From positions 50,408,001-50,472,000 of the forward strand of contig CM052816.1 of the NCBI GenBank assembly GCA_028534125.1: 64,000 nucleotides of DNA, written 5' to 3'. Each line of letters starts with the position of its first letter. Position 1 is the first letter of the stretch. Both the position numbers and the translations under genes were made by a program. Source of the stretch: Lama glama. Lineage: Eukaryota. Below, in pieces: positions 26,758-40,624 of this stretch. The notes below the pieces were generated by a model. That model had not been told where the DNA came from. It searched no databases and saw only the letters and a program-made list of their open reading frames with translations.

Positions 26758-29689
26758 TCAAGAAAAATATAATTAAAATCACTTTACATGTCTTCATTGA
26801 TTTAAAGTTTTATATAGATAGTTAAATAATTAGAACTTATTATTAGCGTTTGTAGTTTACATACTGAGATAAAAATCAAATTGGAAACTGATACCACAAA
26901 AAGCTTTTAAAACATCTGAATGCCTAAATGTAATAACTTATTCACAACCATGGTTTATTTCCAAAAGAATATCTTTATGGGAGAAACTTCAAACAAGAGA
27001 AACTACAGTCTAAGTTTCTTGTACTCTGTTAATATTACTATAATAGCAACCATGATCTTGTTTTGTGATTAAGAGATTTACCTGATGTGTTTTCCCTAAA
27101 TAAATTATAAACTGCTCCACAGCGAGAATAAGACATATCGAGTCATATCTTATAACCCAGCAAAACACACCCAGACACACACACACACAAACAAAATAAA
27201 GTATCTAACTTGAAAATTTCTAAGGAAAGATTAATGAAACAGCAAATGTGAAACACTATGTATCTTTATTTTGGATATATAAGACAAAACACAATTCTCT
27301 ATCATTTATAATTCTTTCTACAATGTTCAAATAAGCTAGCAAGAGATTGTACTAATTTTAATCTCCCAGATATATATAAAGAAGGCAACCTAGCAGAGGC
27401 TGCATATAGTTGATATGTGCATGCACATACACACCATGAATAAACATCTGTTTTAAAGATTCAGAAATAAATTATTTCATGTAATATATTCATTTAAAAG
27501 TAGTCTAGCTCTACCTGATTTTCTCTTTAGCATACTGTTTATTTATTCTTGTTCTATAAAGGGATCCCAATATTTTCATTTTATATGTTTATAAATGTAA
27601 ATATATTTTTTCAGCAAAATAATTGGACATGAAAATGTCAAAATTTGATACCTTTGATATTTATGCCCCTACACTTTCAACAGACTACCTATCTAGAAGG
27701 CAAAAATTAGGGCCTTTCATGGGATGAAAGGGAACATATGGCATTATATTTTCTGAAACCAATTATAGCAGTCTTAAAGCATAGTCATTGCCAAGGCTGT
27801 GAACTCCATAAGGGCTGAGAGCATGTGTGTTTTTATTGGCTGCTTTATCCTCAGTGCCTAGCACAGTGTTTAGCATTCAACAAATGTTGAATAGCTATTT
27901 ATTAGACGAATGAAGTCAGGTTAATATGGACATCTTATAAAGAAATGGACAACCAGTGATTCTGAATATTATATTTTTCACTCCTTTAACAGCTATTTAC
28001 TACTATAACAGTAATGTTTTTCATCTTCTTCAGCTTCTAAAAAATTGTGGTAAATATTAATATAGTAGTATCCCTATCATCAAGCAAAGCTGTCTGAGAA
28101 AGAAGTACACTCGAAAGGTGTAGGAAAAATACAGAGCCAAAGTTGAAGAGGAGCTGCCATTACTGATGGTCTATCTGAAGCATTTATATCTCAGATGCAA
28201 AGTGCTATGTGAACATTATTTTCTCACTTTCTTGTAATATTTTCCAATGTAACATAATAATAACAATTTTTAAAAGATGACTAGAACATACGTATCACTA
28301 AAATGCATGAGTATATAATAAACTATTTTAAATATATGCAAAGTAAAAATCAGTTATAAAAATTTATAATAAAAACCTTGTATAATTTAATATATAAAAC
28401 TGTAACAATAGTAACCAATTCAATTACTAATTTATCTGAGTTAAATGCATATTTAATTTCCATGTAAATCACTTAATAATTCTTGATTGAAAGATTATGT
28501 ATACTTATCAAATATCAAGCAAATTTCCAAACTTTTATTAAAATTAACTGGTATAACTCATGAATGAAAAATGAAAAGATATTAAAATAAAATACATTAT
28601 TTTTGTCTAAAGAATATTACTAATCTAAACAGCTAGTGTCATAGCTACATTATCAAAGGTATCATTTCTGTGACAGGAAAGCACACTCAATAGAATGAAT
28701 GGCATCTTGTGAGTAAATCTTGCTGGGTTTTAGCAAAGCTTTAGGATTCTTTTGCAACCAAACTTTTGATTATTAAACTGGGTAACACTTCCTAGACAAA
28801 GCTGGAGAGTGCGGGTTGGCTGGAACACAGTATTATTGTAAATAGTTTCAGGACATAAATTTACTCAATCATTTATCAACAAGTTCAGAGAATGCTATCT
28901 TTTTACTAATATTCAATAACTAAGAGGTAGGTAGCATCCCCCCATGCCATCTGTAACGCCAGTCCTCCCTTACAGCATAATATTGTTATTATGCCTTTCA
29001 TTGCACTTGCCTCCTGCCAACCCTCCACCTTACAAACTGGACACGTATTAGTAGGTGAGACATGGATGCAGTGCTAAGTTTAGTGATACTAAAGGAGAGC
29101 TCACATACACCTAGATCAGACCACAACTAGTCCAAGGATCATCCCAAAGCAAAGCTTAAATCTGATGAAACCCTAAATAACACCAAACAGGAAAGGCCTA
29201 ATGATGCTTCATGCTTTCAACAGTGACTGAAATAACAGAACAATAAAGTTAAGTTTAATTAGTAACCTAGGACTGGGGTATCTAGGAACTTGGACCAAAG
29301 CATAGTCATTAAAAAAAAAAACAACTAAATATGGAAAACACTGAATATTCAAACTAAAATATTTCTGGATGGGAAAACAAAGAATTTAAAAACCAATGTC
29401 AGAAACACAACAAACACGAGAGCAGAAACAAAGTAATTTCATACAGAAATAACATTCAAAATAAAACAACAGATTAAATGATAACCAAAAATAAAAGATA
29501 CATAAATGTGAACATGTGGTACTTAGAAACAGTGCAGTATTCCTTATATTTACAATCAGTTCCTTATATTTACAATCAGTTCTAGCTGAATTTATACCCA
29601 GGTTAGGGTTGTATAGCAACAGAAAATCTGCACAGAGTTCAGAGGACAAAGAATGCTAAAAAAAAAACTGGAAAAGAAAGCAGTGGTAA

Positions 29690-30000
29690 AGAGATTTAAT
29701 AAGCCTTTTAGTACTGGAGAAGATGGTAAACAGCTGTTCCTCATCCTTTCCGATGTCAGAACAAGAGGAAATGGCCTTTGAGTATACCATGAAGGACTCA
29801 GATTACCAATAGATGGAAGGAAAAGGTTTCTGACTGTGACTGTTCTTAAACAATGTAATGGGCTACCAAGGGGAGTTGAAGATATCTCTTGAGGTCTTTA
29901 AAAATCAGACTGAATTCATCTGGCTATAATATGATCCTAGCTTGAAGGCAGAGAGATGAAGTGGAAGAGCTTTCAAGGTCTCTTCTATTCTAATGATTCC
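29690..30000 (+). mobile_element. L3/CR1 LINE 3' end
   Basis: cagaacaagaggaaatggcct..aatgggctaccaaggggagttgaa..gaggtctttaaaaatcagactg..tcaaggtctcttctattctaatgattc. A probable upstream piece lies at about 28680-28900. Confidence 0.75.
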
Positions 30001-33000
30001 CTGAGTGTCAACCCAATTCAATCTGTTGAAAACTGCCTCCAATTATAGGTTTAATAACTTGAACTCAGAATAAAGCTGGAGAGTTTCTAACTTGATGTCT
30101 GAGTGCAAACAAAAGACCTATTCAGTAACAGGGAGCTTGAGAGTTGTTATTTGAAACTAAATAGGAAAAACCAGTGAAATAAATATAGCTAACTACCTAA
30201 GGATTCACATACAATATTTCTAAGGTTTTCTCCTAATCTAAACTATACAAAATGAAATTAATCCAGTAATGTCACTTCAAAATGGAGTTAAGACTGCAAT
30301 TATTAAATGGTACATAAAAAAGAACATCAGATATATATGTTGAAAGACTACACATTACAGCTCATTCTTTTACTCATATTGTAATTCCTCATTCCTTACT
30401 CAGACCTTCTTTATTCTCCACTGTCATCCCAAATGGACATAGCTTTAGAGTTGGCTCTGATCATAATAATGGTACATATTTAAATACAAAAATATATGCA
30501 AAAAATACCCCCAAAAAGAAAAGGAAAATTTAATCCACAATTCCAGACACATACTATTATCATTTAATCTTACACTTCTAGATATTCTCTATCTACAGAT
30601 AAATTTTATATGAAATGAGATAGTATTCATATTTTTGGTAATTGACATTTCTCCTCTTAACATATCATAAAACATTTTCCATGGCATAAGCACATGTGTA
30701 TACAATTGCTTTTTGCTTATATAATATCCTATCAGGGATTAAATGTATTTCAGACCTATCTACCATAGCTTCTAAGGTAATTTTCAGCACTGTTTTGTGC
30801 CTCTGCCCTCTTTACTCCCCCATACATACACAGTCTAGAACAATGACAAGGAAGAAATGATTGGATCATGGATGGACACTGATACAAGACTTATCAGAAG
30901 CAGCCAGGGAACTGAACTGTGGCCAGGCCTAAGGAGATGGCCTCAATTCTAAAGATTCTCTGCTTTCTATGCAGTCAGTTTTCTAACTCAGTGTATTCAT
31001 GCCCTATTTCTAATCGCTCTGAAGACTCTTGATAAATACTACCCTTATGGAAGCTGGAGTTCTAAGTCCCTTGCTCATTTCCCAGTGTACTAAGGCTCCG
31101 GAGAGGGAACACTTCAGAAAATACTCATTGGCCATGACCAAGATACAGCTCTTTAAAATGGCCACTTTCTCTCTCACGGGAAAGAAAACGAAATTTGGGA
31201 AATAAAGCTACCAATCTAACACCTGAAATACTATCAAGAGCCTAGAACTCTCTGGAATGGATTCTCTTTCCTCTGTTCGGAGGGTCATCCCAAGGGTGCA
31301 CATCTTCAATCCCTGAAGAAGATATGTGATCCAGTATTTACAAAAACAGAAAAGCTGGAGCATAATGAGACTAGTGATAAGCTACATGGCTGTGCTTTTG
31401 ATCAAACAGGAAACCTTTTGCCACAACAACAAAAGCACTTTCTGGATAGTTCAGAAATAGCAAATCAAGCATCTGTGGGCCACATATTACGTGCACCCCT
31501 CACAAACTGTTTTACAGCACAGGGTGCATTTGTTTCCTCTGTCTCATCTTTGTTCCGTGCTGCTTTCCATTCTATGGCAGTGGTGTTGAATACTGATGAG
31601 ATAATACGTCTTTCAACCTCTGGCAGACATTTTAAAGCAATTTGTTCAAGTACCAAGTACCCAGTCTGCATTTTTGTGGGCAATTTGTGGATCAATTTCC
31701 TATCATCCTGAGGATACTTTGAGTTTTAAATATAAAGGCTTATCACGATCATAGTACACCTCCTTTAATTTGATTCATTTTGTATACGAAATAGAAAAGC
31801 ACACCCAAACTATAGACATAGACCCCAAAACGTGCTTTCTAGAACAGATATTTGATATTAATTCATACTAACATGAATTTTAAAGAGAAAGTTAGAGAAA
31901 TATTAACTTATTTTTCTGCCTGGCTTCCTAACAATTACATAGTTTTAATTTGGTCTAATCACGTTATATAATTGGAGACGAAAATTAACTCAGAGTTAAA
32001 AGAGAATAAGATAAATATTTTGCTAATATAATAAATGAGAACCAAATATAACCAAGTTTCAGGTAATAGGTGCTAAGTTCACATGTCTTGCATTAATTAA
32101 TAAATATAATTGAATGTATAGAAACAGTTTCTTCCAGTCAACTCCGTTTTCACATACATACATTGATGGTGATAAAATCCTTCACATTTTTCATGTGCTC
32201 TATACTTACTAATGTCTATATAGAACAATCCTACTGAGTGTCCTAAAAAGAATCTAAATTGGATGTATGTTCTTATGTTTTAGAACTACTGGTTTGAATG
32301 AAAGAAAAAAAAATCTACTTTATATATTGGATATAATAATAATTACTATTAATATTATTTTATGAATTCTACATAATTCTTTCAAATGTTGTAATGTATA
32401 TACCCTATTTGTACAAATGCATTCAGAGTATATTAATATTTCTCTGTAGAGATATAAATATTCACCACATGCATTTTATTTCTTTCAAACATCTTTTACA
32501 TAATAGAGTAAAACAGGCTATCCCCTGGAATAGCCTAGATGTGATATAGTTGAGAAAATGCATAATAGAGAAGATAAGTCACTTTCCTCTTCATCATTTA
32601 AAAGGTAAGAGGCAAAATCAGGAAAATAGAGGCTTCCAAATGTCTTATCCAATAGTAACATAACTTCTTTTTAAAATGCTGATAGTGTGAATTTTCAATC
32701 AATCAGCAAAATAAGTATCAGGAGCCAAAACACACTTCACCTGAAAGAGATGTCACGCAAAAAAAGATTCCAAATAAGGAATCAATTGTGTTTATTTACA
32801 TTTCATGTCTCTTTTTTATTCATTAGTTGTACAAAACTTTGAGCTAAACTAATCCTTATAAATATCAACTTTCTAAACTTTAATATTAATGGGTTCTGAT
32901 TCTCATTGTCCAGTTACTCCTTATTGTTATTAGTTTGCTGGTCCCACCAAATACTCAAAACCTTAAAGTATTAATGTGTTCCTATAATGTACAATAACGA

Positions 33001-33137
33001 CCAATAATTTGGTTCAATCATATCAAGTAAAGGTCCAATTAATGACAGATTTCATTTTAAATATGTGTCTAAATACATGATGAATGCATAAATCATTATC
33101 CTATAGCTACAAAGATACACAGAGCTTAGAGTTTTTA

Positions 33138-33329
<192 letters not shown>

Positions 33330-35282
33330 CTAGGATGAAAGGGAAACATGATTACTTTTGGGAGAATGTCAAGATTAAGCAGCTCAGTTTCAAATATACA
33401 TAATTTCTTCTAAGGGGAAAGAGTATAAGATTCTAATACAGTGCATTTACCAGATACACATACAGTGAACAAAAAACTGGGCAACTTCCTATTTTTTCAC
33501 TACAGTTTATCACATAAATCAACATACAAGCTAAGAATAAATTTTACAAGTGGTAAGTCACTCTCTCACTTCCTAGTAGAAAACAACACACATACCATAT
33601 AAGTGTACTACCATCTGTTTGCTACTACCAAATTGAAGTTATTAGGCTCAGAACAAGAAAAAGAATTAAACATGAAGATTTTTAACTCTAGTTTCTGTTA
33701 ATATGATGGTAAAATAAAATAACTGACATTACCTATTTGTGAAGAGCGAGCAAAATTTTGGTAATAGCAAAGTGAAATGGAGGGTTTTAGGAAACTGATA
33801 AACCTGGGGACAGTAATTACTCTTCTATCAAAAACCAGTAATGTATTACTAACTGTCACATGTCAAGTTGAGTACTTATGCATAAAGGTAAGACTTAGCA
33901 AAATATCTTAAATCCTCTATTAGAGGACACTTCAAAATAAAATAGTGCAATGCAGTTTTGTTATGGAATTCTGAAAGGAATACAGGTTCTCCTTATTTGG
34001 TAGATGAGGACACTAAAACACGGTTATTAATAATAATTATAATTATCCCTACTGTTAGAATTAGAATTACTATAACAACTAAAAATGACATTTAAAAATA
34101 ACAATTATAATTACATAGCTACCAGGTATTATAGTTAAAGTATAACTCAAGCAAAGCACAAATATAAACTCATCTAATCATCACCAAAATGGAACTATTA
34201 TATCCATTTTATAGGTTAGTAAACTGAGATTAAGAGTAGTTATCTAACATACTGAAGGAATAAAATCAAGATACTACTATACTATCTTATTTTGCTATTT
34301 CCTGATATAAGTGGGTATGCTAAATAAACAAGTAAGAGGAAGAATTAGGCTCAGAACCTTATACATGATTCTGAAGACACAGTCTAATGACATTAAGTAG
34401 GTGGCAAAGTTGACAGTAAAAAGGGTTTTTTTGTTCGCTTGTTTTGTGTCTTTTTTTTTTTAGTCTCCTAGATCAGTAATCTCTTTTATGTCATTCACTA
34501 ATAGGAACATTTCTAAAATGTCTTGCTTTAAAAAGAGTATTCCTATAAATATGCTATACACAGATTGAGAGATATTTAGGAGTAATTGATAATTCTGAGA
34601 CAAATCTCTATTAGTCGATTTATAAGTAAAACTAAAAGTCACTAAAGTAAAAATCCAATATTTACAATCAGAGGGCTCTTTTTTAAAAAACATTTCAGCT
34701 AATTCCTGTAACTTAACATCATTTGGGTATTTAACCCCACAGAGTAAACTTTTCTGAATGAACTGTTTACCAATTTACTTTAAATCTTCAGATAAAAAAC
34801 ATAGGTAGATGTCTTAATATCACAGAAACCCTGTGAAAAGACTTAAAATACTGATAATTGCTAGGTTTTGAAAAATATTACTTTATACTTGCTTAAAACA
34901 TACAGGAAAACAAAGGATGTTTATATTCATTTATTATAGGCACATTTTAGAGGGCTGAATAGTACTGATTAAGCCACAAGGAAATTGTGTATTTGTTTGT
35001 ATGTGTATTTGTTTTTTGAAATCCAAGCAGGTCATGTCTGCTTAATCTTCAATTTTTTTTTATTTTACCTCTTTCTGTTTCTTAACAAAAGAATGGGAAT
35101 CAGACTGAGAAAAATGGTCTTTTATTTCAATGAGTATACCCAGTTCTATTAGGCTTATTTATGTAACCTAAGCAATTTGAGTATAATTCTAATTTTAAGG
35201 ATAATTATAATTATTAAATCTTTACCCAAAAAAGATTTGGAAAAATTCTAAGAATTCTGAAGTTATTAAAGACTATTTGTCA

Positions 35283-36588
35283 AGAGAAGCAAGATGGCAG
35301 AGTAGAAGGATGCTTGTAGCTCACCCTCTGCCACAAATACACCAAAACGCACATCAACGGGCCCACTCAGCCAACCTGCCGAACTCTGACAGAACATCAC
35401 CCTCTTCGAAAGACAAAGACGCCAAAAATCTGGTAGAAGAAAAGGAGAAAAGAAAGAAGAAAAAGCAAAACAGTGCAGGACCAATCCCGCGGGGAGGGAG
35501 CGGCAAAGGAGGACTGGCTCTCGTTCACTGGGTCTCCCCTCTCCAATGGAGAGGCCAGCGGGATGGAGGGGGAACCTCTGAGGCTCAGATCTGCCCCGAG
35601 CACCTCTTGACCGACAAAACTGAGTTAAATGGGCACAAAGGGTCCCTGCGACACCCAGCCCGTGACACGAGCTGGCAGCTGGGGGCCGGGACAGGCTGCC
35701 TGAGCCGGATGGAGGGCTGGGGTGGCTGCATTGAGGCAGGCCCGGGGGACGGCAGGGGGTTACGCACTGTGGCTGGGAGGGGATATGGAGCAGAACCACC
35801 TCGGTCCCCCATAAATTGCAAAAAAAGCAAAGCAACACGGCTGGTGTGCCCTAAGGGGAGGTGTAGCCGTAGCCTCTATCTCCTCAGACCTGCGCCGCCA
35901 TTACTAGCACTTCTCGCGAGAAGAGAAGCAGGGCGCAACCGCAGCCGCAGCCACCACCTCCTCTTGTGCTCAGCACCTGGGCGGGGGCGGGGCTGAGACC
36001 TGAGTCTGCACCTGGGGGCTCGCAACCTCCTAGGCAGGACTGAGACTTGTTTACAGCCTGAGGCAGATAGGATCTTTCTGCCCTGGCACCTCAGAGAACT
36101 CAGCCACCAAGACAAACAAGGAGCTGAGATTTGGCCCGGAGCAGGGGCGGGGCCATTCTGTGGTCTTCCCTGAGGCCGAGCTGGCAGCTGCACAGAGCAG
36201 CAGCGTGACCAGCGCCCGGAGAGGTCAGGCGGCCACCCACCATCCTGGCAGGAACGCAGCACCTGACCAAGGTGCTGGGAGGGGGCGCGATCGGCCCACC
36301 TGCCTCACCCAAGTGCAGCATCTGACTGCGGCCTTGGGACAGGGAGTCACTAGCCCACCCACCAGAGCTCAGCACCTGACCCAGTGTTGGGAGGGGGCAC
36401 GATCTGCTAGCCGACAGCCACTGGGAGCAGCACAGACGAGGACGCCAACAGAGGGCCTCTGGAAACAGCAAGCTGAGTTTGCCAAACAGGGCACAGACAC
36501 AAAGACCTCTCGATAAAATAATTAAGAGCACACCTTCTCCAGGAGAACTAGATAACTGATACTCCTTAAGCCACCGTGCCAGAGAGAT
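35283..36588 (+). promoter_or_regulatory. L1 5'UTR internal promoter, CpG-rich
   Basis: The only strongly GC/CpG-rich block in the window. YY1-type motif CAAGATGGC at 35290-35298, at the usual position near the L1 5' end. Confidence 0.8.
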
Positions 36589-37156
36589 ATGAGCAATATG
36601 AAGAAGCAGAGGAACCACTCCCAATTAAAAGATCAAGAGAAATCCCCTGAAAGCACGATCAAGGAAATAGACATTGATGGCCTATTGATCAAGATTTCAA
36701 AAAAGGAGTGATCAAAGTATTGAAGGAACTAAAAGAAATAGTGTTTAGAGATATAAAATATGTCAAAAATGAAGTAAAAGCTATAAAGAAGAACCAAGTA
36801 GAATTAGTAAACTCATTTGCGGAGATGAGAGCTGACCTAAAGGCTGTGCAAAGCAGACTAGATAATGCAGAGGAACAAAAAAGTGACCTAGAAGACAGGA
36901 CAACAGAAAGCAGCCAATCAGAACAGCAGAGAGAAAAACAAATAAAAAAACAATGAAAACAATATAAGGGACCTATGGGATAATATAAAGTGTGCCAATC
37001 TATGCATAATAGGGGTTCCAGGAGGGGAAGAAAGAATGAAGGGGATTGAAAAGGTATTTGAAGAAATCATGACTGAAAACTTCCCAAACCTAAAGAAAGA
37101 ATCAGATATCCAAGTACAGAAGGCTCAGAGGGTCCCAAACATGAAGAACCCAACCA
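36589..37156 (+). pseudogene. L1 ORF1 remnant with two frameshifts, running into an assembly gap
   Basis: ATG at 36589 (MSNMKKQRNHSQLKDQEKSPE). Frameshift near 36685 into DQDFKKGVIKVLKELKE...QIKK. Second shift at the A-run near 36950 into NENNIRDLWDNIK..NLCIIGVPGGEE..KGIEKVFEEIMTENFPNL, which are L1 ORF1 motifs. Confidence 0.9.
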
Positions 37157-37256
37157 NNNNNNNNNNNNNNNNNNNNNNNNNNNNNNNNNNNNNNNNNNNN
37201 NNNNNNNNNNNNNNNNNNNNNNNNNNNNNNNNNNNNNNNNNNNNNNNNNNNNNNNN
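37157..37256. other. Assembly gap (100 N, probably unknown size) inside young L1
   Basis: Run of exactly 100 N. Confidence 1.
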
Positions 37257-39599
37257 CCCACAAAATTGTAAAAGAAGACATCTAAATCACTAAGAGTGGG
37301 AGAGGGAAGCAAGGAAAGCCACTGTGGAAAACAGTATGGAAATTCCTCAAAAGACTAGGAATAGACTTACATGTGACCCAGGAATTTTGCTCCTGGGCAT
37401 ATATCCAGAAGGAACCCTACTTCAAAGTGGCACCTGCACCCCAATGTTCATAGCAGCACTATTTACAATAGCCAAGACATGAGAACAGCCTAAATGTCCA
37501 GCAACAGATGACTGAATGAAGAAGATATGGTATATTTATACGATGGAATACTATTCAGCCACAAAAGCCGACAACATAACGCCATTTGCAGCAACATGGA
37601 TGCTCCTGGAGAATGCCATTCTAAGTGAAGTAAGCCAGAAAGAGAAAGAAAAATACCATACGAAAAAAAAAAAACCCAAAACATAAATACAAAACAGAAA
37701 TAGACTCATAGACAAAGAACACAAACTTGTGGTTGCCAAAGGGGCAGGGGGTGGGAAGGGACAGACTAGGATTTCAAAATGCAGAATAGATAAGCAAGAT
37801 TATACTGTATAGCACAGGGAAATATATACAAGATCTTGTGGTAGCTTATAGCAAAAAAAAATTGTGACAAATATATATGTGTTCATCCACCAGGAAAAAA
37901 AAAAAAGACTATTTGTCACATCTGATTTGTTTCTCTCAAACTTAGAATCAAATGACCAAAAACATTTGCAGTTTTCTCATATAATGAGTCTAAGTAAGTA
38001 AGTTTAAAATAGCAAAGCTATATCTATATAAAGAATATATAAATTGAAAGTAAATTTGAGCATTAACTTTTTAAAGCTTCTCTTAATGTGTACAAACATA
38101 CAAAAATAAAGATAAGGTCACCTGCAGAATATTACTTTTTTGAGTCAATGCAGAGAAAAATTAAGCTTATTTTATTTTTAGACAACACATTACATTATCA
38201 GTAAAGGATAAACCCACACCATGATTTTTTATTCTCTCATTATCACAATTGTCAGGCAGCTTTGACTAAGATGGACATTTTTAGAAAGGGAAGAATTCTT
38301 CATCACTTGGAAGTTTCAACAATGTCAAATGGGTAATGACCTATTATCCATCTCAAAGTGTGATATTCAAGATCACACTTTGATCCTGAATAAAGTAATC
38401 AGTAAAATACAAATGCACAGATAAGTACAAGTCTGGCTTCCAACCTTCTAGCTAAGATGGCAAAGGAAAAAGGACCAATTTTAAATCAGTAATAACAAGC
38501 AACTTCTTTTGAAATATCATTCAAATGTTTATATTCAAAATTCCCAAAGAGAATTCTTAAATCTTGTCTTGGATATTCAGTACAGAATAAACTTAAACTG
38601 TCATTTCTTCTTAAGAGTAGGCAAGTATTTTTCAGTTTCTATATTCAAATTATATTCCTAAATTTTTGGTCCTTTATCAGGTGTGAACATCTGTTATTAC
38701 GAACAATAAAAATAAATAAGAAGTATCTAGAAACTCAATCCAAGAAAAGGATTTTAATTGAAATATTCAGCTTACTTTGTAGAAAACTTCTGGAATGTAT
38801 GAGACAGTAAGTCTACTGGACCATCCTGTCTCTACACACATGGTTCACAGCAAAGGCAGGAAGCACCCTTCCACTTTTACTACTGCTGTTCCAGCCTGTT
38901 CACGTCATTACAGATGCAAGGGGCCACATGCCTGTGTGCACTGGACTTCGAGAAGGGCCTCAAATCAGGCCTAATGAGTTGAGAAACATAAAATATTTCT
39001 GTGCTCTCACTCTGTATCCAACCCATCTTTACACGACCCCACAAATGAGAAGTGGTAACTTTAGGAAAGTATTGTTTTTTAAACTAGCAAATTTAGACAA
39101 AGGCTATGTTGTATGGTTGTGCCAATTTTTAAATCTTTTACTTTAGTTTTCTGTTTGACATCTAAGGGTATTATTAGCCCAGCTGTTCTCTATTTATTAG
39201 TTCAGTAATTTCAAAATAATCTGCAATATAAAATCGAACTTCAAATGGTACACCAGAGTCACAAATCACAAATTGAAGACATTTGAAAGCATGCCTCTTC
39301 TGTAGCAGCATGAGCAAAAATAAATTTCTTTTTGTGGTTACTTCTCAAGATCTTACGGAGAATTCAGTGCACACAGACCTATACTAAGAACCTCATTCAG
39401 TCTATAAGATTTTAAGCTATAAACATTATTTTCCCATGTTAAAAAGAAGTTGAAAATGCTAACTTTTTAAATACTCTTAATCATACTAGGTTGCACTAGT
39501 TGACTCTAAACTGTCACCATTTTTGCTAGCAAAACAAACAGCATTTTTAAATCAGCTCTGCAATAAAAATTCTCAATTTCAAAAAACTTATCTATTTTC

Positions 39600-39935
39600 T
39601 TTCGCCAGGACTTTTATCCTGGATATCTATCCATCCATTCTTTAAATTTAAGATTAAATGCCACACCCACTTATTCATCACTTCAAAGCCCAGGTGAAAT
39701 GCTAACTACTTTAGCCTACCCTGATTTCTTTATTCTTAACACTTCAGATTTTGTCTCACACAATTTTTCACCCAGTTTCATTTTCATATTTTTCTCCTGT
39801 TCTTTCAAAAATGTAGCCTTTCCTTTAAATTTCTAGCTCTTTGAGATCAGAGGTTATATCTTACTTATATTTCTTCCTTAGCCTCCACAGTGTCTTACCC
39901 AGTTCTAGACATACAGTAAGTGCTTGATTAACAGT
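39600..39935 (+). mobile_element. LINE-2 3' end
   Basis: cttcaaagcccaggtgaaatgcta..ctctttgagatcagagg..tacagtaagtgcttgattaa. Confidence 0.6.
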
Positions 39936-40624
39936 TTGAATTTTTAAATTGCAATGATTCTTATTAATAAGGGAATACAATTATAATGGAACAGATAAAG
40001 AAAATAATTGAAACAGTGATGCTCTGAATACAGTAAGAAATATTTTAAGCAGCCTAATGATATAACGGAGTTTTATTTTATTAAATAGTGTGATTTCAGC
40101 AAAAAGGGCATGGTTAAAAGATTGCATAAGAGCTCTAAACACTGTGATAATACATAGGTTGAATAAAACCAAAACAAATTTGTTTTTTAAAGAATGAATA
40201 AAGTTATATATGTTCTCTTTGAAGTGGCCAAACAGATGAAAGACAATATGTAGTATTGGTAAAATACACAGAATAAACACTAGAACTCCTAACCAATTCC
40301 TAGGGAATTATTTACAGCCATTCCAAATGTTCCTGGGGAAAGGAAGATTATAAAGGTGTGAGTTGATATTCTGCTCAGAATATATCAATTAAAGAAGTTA
40401 AGTTTTGATACATTATCAAAGTAGTCTAAATAATCTTGCAGAAATAAATCTTTGTTACTGTCCTGGGAACCAAGATGTAAAACTAAAGGAAAAGGAGGAA
40501 TAAAGATATCTTGATGTTATTACTAGGCAAATAACGGTCAAATGAAACTTTTTATTTTCAGTATGTGTTCTTAAATTTATTAATATCAAAGAGAACTTTA
40601 GCTGTGCCTGAATATGTCTTCACT

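Larger units (their letters stand above)
35283..37903 (+). mobile_element. Young LINE-1 with 5'UTR, disrupted ORF1, most of ORF2 missing, 3'UTR and poly(A)
   Basis: 15-bp TSD aaagactatttgtca at 35268-35282 and 37904-37918, preceded by TT (TT/AAAG L1 endonuclease-like site). GC-rich 5'UTR, ORF1-like peptides, ORF2 C-terminal sequence and an A-tail at 37895-37906. Confidence 0.95.

Noticed and set aside
35266..36624. Cluster of long overlapping ORFs (118-239 aa) on both strands
   Set aside because: All lie in the GC-rich L1 5'UTR, where stop codons are scarce. Several have non-ATG starts and none resembles a protein I recognise.
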